A stretch of 55,801 nucleotides of DNA, the filler included, from Catajapyx aquilonaris (Eukaryota), in the NCBI GenBank assembly GCA_000934665.2. It is 2 parts of 2 records of this genome, joined end to end, with 100 filler letters (N's around TTAATTAATTAA, not from the genome) between each part and the next. Parts side by side here need not be neighbours in the genome. Positions count along the whole stretch, not along the records: positions 1 to 27,797 come from JYFJ02004996.1; 1 more part is not named here. One strand, 5' to 3'. The first letter of the stretch is position 1, and every line of letters begins with the position of its first letter. Positions 1-12,080 of this stretch are shown here, in pieces. Below the pieces are notes generated by a model. It saw nothing but the letters and a program-made list of their open reading frames with translations. It was not told the origin of the DNA and did no database searches. The position numbers were made by a program, and so were the translations under genes.

Positions 1-126
1 AGTACAAGTACAGTACTGTAATGGCGGTAATAGTTCTCGAAATGCCCGCCGAGCGCTGAAACTCAGTGCGTGACTCGCGCCTCTCGCCTCTCGCCTCGTG
101 CCAGGGGGGGGATTCCGGAATATCGC

Positions 127-422
127 CTGCCCTTGGGAAGTGCGTCTCTCTCTTGGCTCTCTCCTAGTCTCGCCCAGGGGCACACACCAGGGGCCGCCCG
201 ACTGAGAGGATGGGGGATACGATAACCTACGTGTGGAGACGGGGGTGGGCCCAGCAGTGCGTATTATGCCTGCTCAGTTGTTGCTCTTTACCAGCAGTGC
301 CACATTGCTAGGCCTAGGGTTGTCATGTTTTCCACCCACACCACATCTTTTTGGCCTCTTCATCATCATACTTTGCAGGCCCGAATTCAGAATCTTGTAT
401 GGGATGTAGTGTACGTTTCAAT
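127..422. repeat. Dispersed duplicate block A (second copy about 8295-8600)
   Basis: Near-identical sequence (cctgcccttgggaagtgcgtc...gtacgtttcaatg) at both sites; internal inverted pair ctgcccttggg / cccaggggca. Confidence 0.9.
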
Positions 423-689
423 GCAGATCATGGTGCATGTTGAGCAATCTATTCAGTAACCTTCAAGTAACCTTCAAGATCACAGCAGCTTAAAAGCTTG
501 AAATTTAATATGCATATAGCTGACACTCACTACACTTTACATAGAGCTGAGGAATTTTGAGTATGTCGTATTATCAGATTGATAAATATCTTAGCGTAGG
601 AATTATACAATTTTAATCACTCCCTCAACACATTATTTTAGCGTGTGATCCAGAGTGTGGCTGGGGGGGACATGCAATTATTATTTGAG

Positions 690-1690
690 AAGGAAGCAGT
701 TGGTATAAGTGCTGCCATTGATGTGCTGGATAGTCGAGTCTATTGGGTTTATTTCGGTTGCCCTGGTGCCAGTCCAGATGCCGGTCCAATGCAGTTGATT
801 TTTTGTCCATCCCCTTGTATACCAATTGTTTTTTTGCTATAATATTGCTTCTTCCATGTCCTTGTCTTCGTTGGAAGGTTGAATGACTCCAGTTGTGTTG
901 CTGACTTTTGTCTTAGGAGCTACAATTTGAATAAGTTTCAGCTCTTTCCAGGATATCAAAAGTACTGCCAAGTAATTATGGCAAGACCAGCGTTTGGATT
1001 TCTGACAATTAAGCCTTGTATCTCTTTGTCATTTTCAGTCACTATAGTTTGATGGAACATAAACTGTCTTCGATCTTGTTAGTCATGATGAGGGAATGGA
1101 GGTCTAGAAGTCTTCCTGCTTGTCCAGAGGCGTTCACTTCTCTTCGTCTCATTTATCCCATTAAAAATAGTTTTGCAATACGGCTAGCATATGGTCCGCA
1201 TTGCTTTGTACAGAAACGGTGTATAATTTTGTCTACATATCGCATTTCCTCTCATGCTCGCGTTAAATTTTGAGCCAATAAATGAACTATTCGTAATATG
1301 CTACATTTGGCAGCAACAATAAGGCTGTACTTCATCATTAGATTTTATAAGGTACTGTGGATCAGGAAGTATACAGTTATATGCGTTATTATGAAAAAAT
1401 GCCCTCAGTCATTCCCTATAGTCTCAGTAATGAAAGGCATGCAACATTTCTGGTAGCTGCCGGCTCTTGTATTGGAGAAATTCATCCTCTGCATTCATAT
1501 ATGATGGTGTGTTTTTAACCTGGGATGAGTAAGCAGGAGATGATATTTTCTCACACAATCTTGCTGTGTAAATAAGAACCGTGTGCGGCCATGTGTAATG
1601 GCATAAACTTCAGGATTCAGGTCAAGACTTCCTTGCGATTGTATAGTTCTGTGGTCTGAATAGACTTGTACATGGTTATTGCCCCAAACC
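690..1690 (-). pseudogene. Decayed member of an unidentified paralogous protein family
   Basis: Minus-strand translation with stops gives RTRFLFTQQDCVRKYHLLLTHP, EVQPYCCCQM and QDRRQFMFHQT. Similar motifs recur at 2170-2480, 3000-3700, 10530-11510 and 19650-20084. Confidence 0.45.
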
Positions 1691-2169
1691 TTTTCACAGG
1701 CTTGTCGTGTTTATGATATTAATTATCTGAGTACATGGTGTTGTATGCCTCTTTTTATTCGGTGGGCCATACTTGTTCTCACATACAAAGACCGAATCAG
1801 AATAAGACAGTGTGGGTCAGAGTGTCTCTCTTCACGTTCGCCAGTGTTGTTAGGTTTACATGATGATTATGTTGGACGTCACTACAATGTTATATGTTTT
1901 TGGCTCGAGGCAATACGTATGAATGAGGGTTCGCAGCTATAGGCACAACTTCGCCTCTGTAATGCTTTCGCTTCCCTCGGCGGCAAGAGGGAGAATGGGA
2001 AATCTTGCGCGTTTGTACCGAGTAGCTAGGTGACCTTCTACGGCACTGTTTGGTATTCGCCATTGCGGGTACGCCGATATCAACTAAACTAGTAATACAA
2101 TAAACCTCCGTTCCGTACTAGGGTCAAGCAGTTCAACCACCAGTGGCACACTACGTAACCTTTACCCCT

Positions 2170-2483
2170 CATTGCTTCATGTTGCAGGATGTCGTAGAAT
2201 GCTTTGCGCATGGGACTATCTGGAATTTTGAGCACATGATGAGTGAGCAGGACATGATGTGTTTTCTCGGAGAGCGTGTCTCGCGATTGATAAATATAAG
2301 CTTACGGCTAAACTTATATGCAAGATGGATTAACAAACATCGCTGGAGGCAATTTCGTATTCGAATGAGGGGCCGCAGCCATAGGCACAACTTCGTCTCT
2401 GTAATGCTTGTTTGCATGTGTGTGAGTCGCCGCTCAAAACTGAGTGGTCTTATAATAAAAAACTCTCATTTAATTCACTCAAA
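2170..2483 (-). pseudogene. Unknown-family fragment, duplicate of 10875-11184
   Basis: Clear DNA similarity to 10875-11184; translation EKTHHVLLTHHVLKIPDSPMRKAFYDILQHEA. Confidence 0.5.
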
Positions 2484-3699
2484 TGGGTGAGCTCAACTAC
2501 CCTCGTGAGACCAGAAAGCCTTTTGCTCCACCACCTGGTCCCTTGCACCGCCTTTCATTGTCGTCCAATTCTGTTGGTTGCAAACTCTCATTGTTTACTT
2601 GCACCGAGTACTACTATAATACATACTACATACATTTAATGCTAAGTAACAAACCATTGTTTGATAAGTATGTATGCATTACTCATTTCTTAGTTGGCTA
2701 TACAAATGTTATAAGTCAGATACTAATTTTACTGGTAAATGTGACGATGGCAGGACTGCGTCAATAAGAATTATCTCTGTTTTAATGATTTTTATAATAC
2801 CAATGCTATAAAGTTTGCAGCAGTGTTCATAGAAATATAACAGATAGTCTCCCCTTTTAGATGGTAACATTTGTTACTCGCAAACGTGACGACCGGATGA
2901 TTGTGTGTAGCCATTAATGGTGGAGCGCCATAAAAGTCTCAAATCAATCAATTAATCGCAATATGTTTCTGCAGCGTTCTCTTTCATTATTTCTTTCCTT
3001 ATAATATCATACGATCCGGATTACGTATGTGAAGTGTTGGTAATAATTGTGCTGTTTCTGCCTTCGTTTTTCTGCGTCCATCTATCGCTCCTTTATCTTT
3101 TGGAATACCAAAATGGGAATTATGAATGTTCAGTATGTATTTATTGTCTACGGCAGCCACACTGGTTTTTTGTCTGGTAGAATTCAAAGACCTTTCTGTT
3201 ATGCTTTATTCTTACTTACTGTGCATGCTCTTTTGTCCGGTGAACTTATTCCATCCTTGGCAAGTCTTGTTGTCGTTCCAAGTATCTGTAAGTATATCGA
3301 TTAATCCGTTTTAATGTTAAGTCAGATGTAATGCAAAAGAATTAATTCCGCGGTTTGGATCTAACACACCACAGAACACGCGAAGTGTGTGTACCTGTGT
3401 GAGGGATTCAGCCAACTAACAATGCCCTTCTTGTGAGCCCCCCATTCCGTTTGTCCAAATATCCAGTGCCAGTCCTGGTGTGTTGTTCTCCTTGGCGTTT
3501 GCCGGCGACTGTTTCAACTATTTAAACCCACTGTGTTGATGCTTCTGCAAAGGGAAGAGTAATATTCTGGCAATTCAGTCTTGTCTCTCTTTGTGATTGT
3601 TATCTGGTAACGGGTTTGATAGAACCTAAACTGACTTTCGTTCTTATTAGTGATGCTGCGGGCATGGAGGTCTAGAAGTCTTCATTGTTTGTCCAAGTG

Positions 3700-3963
3700 A
3701 GTTGAGGAACTCAGTCGGATAATACACTGCTTGATCAATAGCAGTGTCGACAGACTGGTATGTGTGTTCAATGCTCGGCAGTAGTCGGAGGATGAGATCA
3801 ACAGAGTCGTTTTTAGGGGCCAGAATTGCACGCTCACATGTAGCCAATTGAGCCAGTTCTTGTAGGGGGAAGTGTTACAGAGTAGTTCCATATTGGGAAT
3901 GACATGTTGCCTTAGCTCCTGGAGGGATTTCACAACAGTACCACAACTTGGTGGAATATCCAT
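3700..3963 (-). pseudogene. Helitron PIF1-like helicase fragment (frameshifted)
   Basis: CERAILAPKNDSVD...YQSVDT...AVYYPTEFLNSL is a characteristic Helitron RepHel helicase segment; upstream frame gives VVKSLQELRQHVIPNM. Confidence 0.88.
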
Positions 3964-4702
3964 AATGGGTGAGAGTGTCTCTCTTCAGTCTTCACGTTCG
4001 TCAGTTTTGTTTGGTTTACAAGATGATTATGTTGGACGTCACTGAAATGTTATATGGTCTGGCCTGACTCAGAGATTTAATTGTTAAGTAATTCACAGAG
4101 ATTTCATACTGACTTCCCTGCTAGTCTGACTGTGAGTGTAATGTCTGCTGTGGCATGGTGACATGTGTAATTAGCAACAGGACTGCATGAATCTGCTGTA
4201 CATGCCAGGCAGCTGGTGGGCATTCATTGGCACTGCTCATAAAGTGTAATGTTTTGTTTCTTCTTGTTGAGCCGAAGTAAGTGGTTATTAGGAACAGTAG
4301 TGGTAAATGGGGAGTGAACGACCTTCGTTTAGTCCGTCACATCAGTCATAAGTATAAGTGAAGAATATCTGAAGAATGCACGTACATGGGAATGTGTTGG
4401 ACTGGATGGATCAATGGATGCGTAGATCAACTTTTGTCCACTTTAGTCCACCGTTAATAGGACACAGTTCGACATAAGTGATAATTATGCTAGCGCATGA
4501 GAGGCGTTCTATACTCAGTTATCTTGTCACATTGACGGACTATTCCATGCACAGTAATAAACGTGTTGGATGGAAGTGCTTGTTGCATAGAGTCTAACAA
4601 TAGGCATTTTAAAATGTGAACTAGAAAAATACTCGTTCCGCTCGATTTTTCTAGGCCTGCGGCTGTTACTTCGCGTAAAACCATAACGTATGGGGTGCAA
4701 AC

Positions 4703-4992
4703 CAGGGTTGTTACAGGTGGGCCCGACCCCAAAAAAACCCGGTGGGTTTTTTTTTTTGATGGGGTACTGTATGTGTCAGTGAGGAATTCCCACGCATCTT
4801 GCAGTCATTGGTTCTACCGAGTGGCGCATCATTTAATAGCATTCAAGATTTCAAGTGGACATTATGCAGTGATGATGAAACGATACGATACATTAAATTA
4901 CCAGAAAAACACATAAAACCCCCCAAAAGAACCAATAAAACCCGTGTGGGTTGGGTTTTTCTTTTAAAAAAAAAGGCTTTTTTCCAACCCTG
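4703..4992. mobile_element. hAT-type MITE
   Basis: TIR CAGGGTTG...CAACCCTG; 8-bp TSD gtgcaaac (4695-4702) / gtacaaac (4993-5000). Confidence 0.75.
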
Positions 4993-5171
4993 GTACAAAC
5001 CTCCCCATTGTTATGTAATAACCGCAGTTGCTTATAGGCTCCTACCGCATCACTCAAACAATTTGCAGATTGATATAATTTATAGTACCTCTTTGAAAGT
5101 GATATTGTCAGTCACTACCTTGTCGCCATCTACTTTGCCTTGGCGATCACCCTCAAGGACTTGAATATATC

Positions 5172-5546
5172 AGAATGGACAATGAACTGTTGGAAAAGTT
5201 TTCCACCGTGATGCAGAGGATTGAATCCCTCCCGCACCGCCAGACGACTCGAATAGAACTGCAACGGTGTCAAAGGCTTTCCCTTGGGTATCGTGTTTTG
5301 GGGTTTGATGGTCCAACCTGAGTCACCGGATGTGAAGAGTATGGTGAAGACCATTGGGTCAACATGCCTGCTACAGTAGTTCAACCTCATGCATCCGGCC
5401 TGATGCTTTGGGTGCACTGCGAGGTCGAAAGCAGGCTCATCACCAGTGCCCCTGTCGATGAGGTACATGCACTCTGAGTTGGTAATGGGAGCGTTGTATC
5501 GCCTCTGGTCGTCTCGGGCGTTTCGCAGAAAAAGCAAGATATTCAA
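5172..5546 (-). pseudogene. Helitron RepHel N-terminal (Helitron_like_N-proximal) fragment
   Basis: DQRRYNAP...DPMVFTILFTSGDSGW...TPLQFYSSRLAVREGFNPLHHGGKLFQQFIV matches Helitron Rep-proximal motifs. It lies upstream of the helicase fragment on the same strand. Confidence 0.9.
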
Positions 5547-7075
5547 TGCGAATTGCTGTGGTGGTTACAAATTATGAATTGTTCGTTAAAGTTAATGGAT
5601 TCCTAGTTATCAACAAATGCTTAAAATCTAAATCGAATAACAGTTGAAATGGGATATGCCGGTTTCTGAGGGTTGCTCGTCAAAAGCATGTGCCTTGAAT
5701 ATACTGTTATTCCGTTAAACTATATATTTTTACATGTGACGATCAAAAGTTAATTATTGTGCTTTGAGAAGTCACCTGTAATCTACTGAAAAATGGCCTG
5801 GCAGTGTTAATTAGTAAAAGCGCGGCATTGGAAACGTTAAATCTGGCAGCAGATGGAATCAATGACCTGAGTATTTCACCTACAAATGTGGTGAATAAGT
5901 GTTACTTATGTATTCACTGCGAAGTATACACTTGATTGAACCTGTGAGGAAATAATTGTAATGACTTTGCAAGTTAACGAGCAATGACAAGGGCATTGAT
6001 GGTTATGTTTCACTCCCAGGCTTAATTTCGCGATAAAAATGCATGTACTGCGCATTAGTCTTTCAGTTAAGTTTTCCCTTCAATGGGATTTTTCTCGTAA
6101 TTAATCTGCTTATAATTTGGCAGTGTCTTAATAGTGGCTACTTAAATTGCTTCCCAATTAATCCGGACACCACTGTCATGGCATGTGCTGTCATGATGGT
6201 CCCAGGCGATTAAAATGAATAGGCACCAGCACCAATAATGTAAAACCGATCAATAAAAAAATTAACGAAGGTCAAATTGCTCGTACCCAAGTGAGTCATC
6301 CAGAAGCCCTACCCACAATTAAAAAATGAACATTAAATAAAGGATGAAGTTAACAAGAAAACTGACTGATTATTATTTTAAAATAGTAATTCAATGTCAC
6401 CGTCTTAACTCTGAGTTAGCTAATTATTATGGGAGGCAGTATTGCAGATGAAAATGAAAATAAGGCAATATTTGTCCGCAGGCTCCCACTGGATCAAACA
6501 TGTCTCCCCGCATGCACAGCCATTTTGAGGCCCGTGTGCTTCTGTCTACCTCTGCAGTTATTTGCACTTAATTATGCTCCATAGACCAAGACGATCAATA
6601 TAATTATTCTGCATCATTTTTTAAGTCAATATAATTATATATTATTTTTCTGCGCTTATACATCAAATTTGCAAGTTGTGCCGAAACCACAAGGAATGCT
6701 GAGTCCAATAGCCCTTGAGTCGAATGAAATCCTCCTACTACTTCCTCTTCCTGGGGAGTATCCCTGAAAGATGCCGCGAAATGTTCCGTTACTGCATGAC
6801 GCATCAGTATAAACAGCGTGGTTAGGGTGACTTTTGTCAGTTGCCTCAAATTTGCCTTGAATATTCATTATTGCTGCCGACAATTATTACAAGTCCGTTC
6901 AATGCAGGTACACCATGTGCGAGATTACGGAATCCACTACACCACCGTCGTGGCACCATGCGGCTCCAACATATTGGTGGCGTTTCTAATTTTTGCCATG
7001 CAGTTCCGGTATCTGAGCAACTTGAGCGAACAAGTTGCTCGCACTTTGAGGCCTCCCAATTAATGGTGACCAAAC

Positions 7076-7882
7076 TTGAAAATGCAATCCAGCTGCTGAT
7101 GTCCAGTGAATTTCCGTTATGTAGTTCTACAGATGATTCGAAACATCATGACTGTGTCCCCCAACCTTCCTCGGAAAATTGTCATACACTTTTCGCAATA
7201 ATTGTAATCTAATGGAATTTACATCCGAAAGCCACTCGAAGCAGTAGCCTACCTGGTGTATTTTTGGCCATATGGGCACAATGTATGATCATCTGCTAGT
7301 GTTTTGTAACCTTCGAGTTACAGCAAGACTGTGTCTTCCCTTGCACGTGAATTTCTGTTGCTCATCAGGTAATATTATTTTGTAACACGTTTGAAATGTG
7401 GTGAAGAGTGAATGATTGCAATAATATCTCGGCTTATTATATACTATGCTGTGTTTAGAAATGTGGGCTGCTGTGTCCCACATTGTTTATATTATTATCA
7501 ATGGGATAAACGACATCGGCAGAATGGCATATAGCCATTATGCTTTCGTGTATTATTACCCAATGCGCATAGGCCCGTGGCCATGATTTGAAGTCATGCT
7601 GATATTTTACTTGTACACCCGCCAATTATAGTCTTCTCTTTTTTTTCGTGCTTGGATAAAATTGCCCGTACAAAATGCCTGCGAATTTTTTGAAGGGTCA
7701 ATTCATTACTGATTAGCGTAAAATAATCAGTTTGCAGTGTTGTTAATGAGTGTATCACTATCAGTATATAATTTTTTTTCAGTAAATTCAATGCAGAATT
7801 TTAACAAATCTGATTTGAATTATTATGACAGACGCTGTTGTTCAGAGGTTCCTAATGTAAGCTGCCGAATCACTTAATATTC
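7076..7882. repeat. Run of duplicated blocks (7076-7288~11299-11507; 7318-7550~8993-9227; 7738-7882~10418-10534)
   Basis: Direct similarity by eye; part of the 7318 block also recurs at 24085-24215. Confidence 0.85.
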
Positions 7883-9542
7883 AGCACATGCTTCGTGATA
7901 TGTATCTGAAGCTTTGCACCTAATTGTATGCGCCTTAATTGTAGCATGGTCAGGGTTATGTTGGTTCAAAAGTATAACACGCCGTTGCCGTTGTTCCCGT
8001 CAGAGTGTGCCCTGACCGGGTACTTTGATGCTGTGATTCATTATTCATGGTATTCAGGTACCCAGCTTCACAAACCAAATGAAAGATCGAACATTACAGC
8101 ATGGTATTATTATCACTTATGTCGAACACTGTATCCAAATTAACGGTGGACTAAAGATGGCTGCCTCCACTGCCATCCGCCATGTTTTCCACGCGTCGAG
8201 TGGAGACACCTGGCGTCGGGTGTGCTGAACTGTGGTAGTTCCCCTTCCCACCACCACCCTTGGCGACAGGCGCTGCTACCCTCTCATTCCTCTCCTGCCC
8301 TTGGGAAGTGCGTCTCTCTCTTGGCTCTCTCCTAGTCTCGCCCAGGGGCAGATCACACACACCAGGGGCCGCCCAACTGGGAGGATGGGGGATACAATAA
8401 CCTACGTGTGGAGACGGGGGTGACAGTCCAGCAGTGCGTATTATGCCTGCTCAGGTGTTGCTCTTTACCAGCAGTGTCATGTAGCTAGGCCTAGGGTGGT
8501 CATGTTTTCCACCCACACCGCATCATTTTGGCCTCATTATCATCATACTTTGCAGGTCCGAATTCAGAATCTTGCATGGGATGTAGTGTACGTTTCAATG
8601 TGAGCCGATGTGTAAGGGCGTATGCTTCAGGATTCAAGTGACGACTAACCTGGGGGGGGGGGGGGGGGGGGTTTTNCCTTGTATAGCAGGCTTGTCGTGT
8701 TTATGATATTCATTATCTGAGTACTTGGTGTTGCATGCCTCATTTTCGGTGGGCCATACGTCTTGTTCTCACATTCAAAGACCTAATTAGAATAAGTGTG
8801 TGTGAGAGTGTCTCTCTTCACGTTCGTCAGTGTGGTTTGGTTTACAAGATGATTATTATGTTGGCCGTCACTGCAGTGTTAGATGTTCTGGCCTGACTCA
8901 GAGATTTGATAGTTAAGAGAGTAATTCACAGAGATTTCATACTGACTTTCCTGCTAGTCTGAGTGTAATGTCTGGTGTCAGTTACAGTGTAGTTACAGCA
9001 AGACTGCCTGCCCTTGCACATGAATTTCTGGTGCTCAGGTAATATTTGTAACATGTTTGAAATGTGTGAAGAGTGAATGATTGCAATAATTATTACAATA
9101 ATCTCGGCGTGCTATGCTGTATTTAGAAATGTAACGGCAGTCTCGTGTGCCGCGCATTGATTATACTGCATTATTATCAAACTGATAAACGACATCGGCA
9201 GAATGTTAGCCATTATGCTTTCGTGTACATGTAAAATATCAGTATGACTTCAAATCATGGCCACGGGCCTATGCATATTGGGCAATAATTTTCTGGTAGT
9301 AATTTACACGAGGTTTGTTTCTGATGATTGCGAAGTGTTGCACGGTTGCTATAGTTTATTTCCGACAGCAACATTAACATGAATAGTGAGTTCCTTAACT
9401 GGTAATGCGGCACAATAAGCTGTGCAGAATTTGATTGAATTGTATTTATTTGGTACGAATCAGGCACGAGATAGGGGCCAACCATCATTTGCACTGCAGT
9501 TTTTTTGCTCTCGTGCAGTACATCTTAACATAATTGATCATT

Positions 9543-9716
9543 TAAAAAACTCAACACAAGTTTCATCGTAGTTGACCTTAGTCACTCACATTGCCTTTGG
9601 AGTTTCCACACTAAGCTGACTTTTGTCACTGGTCCACACGCTCTTCATGAGGGAGAATACCCTTTCAGTGGGAGCATTTGTCCCAGGCAAGCAAAAAAGG
9701 AATTCTACTAATTTTT
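9543..9716 (-). pseudogene. hAT transposase C-terminal dimerisation-domain fragment
   Basis: KLVEFLFCLPGTNAPTERVFSLMKSVWTSDKSQLSVETPKAM*VTKVNY fits the hAT LPxTNAxxERxFS motif. Confidence 0.85.
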
Positions 9717-10529
9717 TTGAATCACGTAATAAGGGCCGTGGAATCGGTGAGATCCTTCAGCTCTATACTTTACGCTTTTACATTGCAAATAGAACAACTC
9801 GCTAATTATTCGCCTCAGCCCAAGAGCCTTTTCGGGGGAATTTAATCCTAAAATCGTATTTTTTGACATTTTATGCACAAGCAGGGTTTGGTTCAGATTC
9901 TGCAGATAATTATGGTCAGCCCAATCCTTAAGGCGCCTTAAGTGGTTGTGGTAAATCTCAGTACACAGTGTTGTTTACTTCCTCCTCGATGGACCCGACT
10001 TGTGGATCACAAATACAGAATGTGAATAAGTGTTGGTATTTCTCTCCCTGTTCGTCACTATCGTCAGTGTAGTTTGGTTTACAATCCGGAGGACTGCAGC
10101 ACGTGGTGATTATGTGGGTCGTCACAATGGAAACTGTTCTGGTATGTTTATGACTGGACATTTGAATCCCAGATATATTCACATTTATAATGCAATCCTC
10201 CAAATCAGGCTCTATCAGGTTTGCATACATAGGAAAACGCTGTAAATGAATAAATCAGTCTGGGCATTACTTGAGTATGTGTTCATGTTTGAAAATTTTT
10301 GGTGCAGCATGTGATGAGAAATGTACACCTGCTTCTATGTATACCGGTAATTAATTGACATGACATATCGTAGCTCCTCCTCCTCTTTCATCAGCATTCG
10401 ATCCACTTATATTCTGTATTGTTAATGAGTATCACTATCAGTATATAATTTTTTCACTAAATATAATGCAGAATTGTTATGACAGACGCTGTTGTTCAGA
10501 GGTTCCTAATGTAAGATGCCTAATCACTT

Positions 10530-11510
10530 AATATTGCCAGGGACATCTCGGATGATAATTCCGTTCATATTGCTGCAGACTTTCATAGCCAACATATAAT
10601 TTACTAGTTAATATGTGAGACCGAGATGGATTGAATGGTTCTTCATACAGTCATGCTGTTATTGACGTTCTTTCGTGTTGCAAGGAACCAAAGAATGTCC
10701 GGGAATAATGTTGCATTTTGAGCTCATGACAGTTGCATGGCTGCATCAGGTTTCCCAGAGATTCCACCGAGTGGATGACCATCAATGTGTTATGTCGTGA
10801 TACGCGTATAAATGATGTGCACATAAATAGAATGGGATGTTTCTGACTCTCAATAGTCGTCCCATTAAATCTCGTTGCTTCATGTTGCAGGACGTCGTAG
10901 AATTCTTTAGGACAATCTGGAATTTCGAGCACATGATGAGTGAGCAGGACATGATGTATTTTCTGGCAGAAACTATTTCGCTGTCGAGAAATATAAGATT
11001 ACTGTATAACTTATCTGCAAGATGGATTTATAAACATCACTCGAGGCAATTACGTATGAATGAGAGGCCGCAGGCTCATAGGCTCAACATTGCCTCTTTA
11101 CTGCTTGTTAGAGTGTGTGTGAGTCGCCACGCAAAGGTGCATGGTCTTATAATAATCAAAGCCCTCACTTAATTCACTCAAATCGGATGACGACAAGTGA
11201 CGAGTGGACCTGTCAATTGCGGAGAGTGCAAGCCAAATGGGAAGGGAAAGAACTGTAGCTATGGTACATGATATCAAAGTACATGATTGTCACGTTGCAC
11301 TTGAAAATGCAAACCAGCTGCTGATGTCTAGTGAATTTCCGTGATGTATAGTTCTACAGATGATTCGAAACATCATGACTGTGTCCCCCATCATTCCTCA
11401 GAAATTGTCATACACTTTTCCCAAATGTAATGTAATGGAATTTACATCAGAAAGCCACTCGAAGTAGTACCTGGTGTATTTTTGGTCATATGTGCACAGT
11501 GTATGATGAT
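10530..11510 (-). pseudogene. Longest remnant (about 320 codons, several stops) of the unidentified family
   Basis: Reads largely in one frame: YDQKYTRYYFEWLSD...QKIHHVLLTHHVLEIPDCPKEFYDVLQHEA...LMQPCNCHELKMQHYSRTFFGS; includes ORF 10651-10932. Confidence 0.5.
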
Positions 11511-11659
11511 AATATCCTAGTGTTTAGTAAGCCCGGAGCCTTTTCCGCTGAATTTCATCCTGAAATCGTATTTTTCCCTTTTATGCACCAGCACCCATGA
11601 TTTTCCTTCAGATTCTGTGGAAAATTTTGGTAGGACCAAACCTTAAGGCTGTAAACTTA

Positions 11660-12080
11660 TGAACATCCAGAATCAATATATCTTTGCTCAGTCGGGTGGA
11701 TGGGGGCGAAGTAGCAATGCCTACCGTTGTATGTCATCACTGATGTGTCTAGGGTTTTCAGATGCATAATTGTCCATGTAAAGTACCGTAAGTGACATGA
11801 TATTGATAATATAATGAGAGGTCACACAACCGGCACATGTTATCATCAGCAAACGCTACTGCGTTTGGAGAGCTCTCGTGCCCTTTAATGATATGCGCCT
11901 CAATGCATCAGCATCTATTTGATACATCGTCATATGCACGCAAAAGAATCCTATATGCTGGCTCCTGCAAGTATTTCTCTGCCATTTTGCGAGAACCCCA
12001 GTGAAACAATGAAAAATTGGCTCATCATTTTGTAGCCATGGAGAGTGCCTCATGGGATGCATCTTCTATGTTTTGCAATT
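11660..12080 (-). pseudogene. DCAF11: DCAF11/WDR23-like WD40 gene remnant, copy 1
   Basis: FFIVSLGFSQNGREILAGAS, GHESSPNAVAFAD and HCYFAPIHPTEQRYIDSGCS occur in the order of recalled DCAF11 motifs (FAVFSIAVSSDGREVLGGA; HEDDVNAVAFAD; RCRFSPIHSTGQQFIYSGCS). Confidence 0.75.

Noticed and set aside
6656..6883. RNase H-like AVYTDASCSNG
   Set aside because: Single motif; the other catalytic motifs are not seen.
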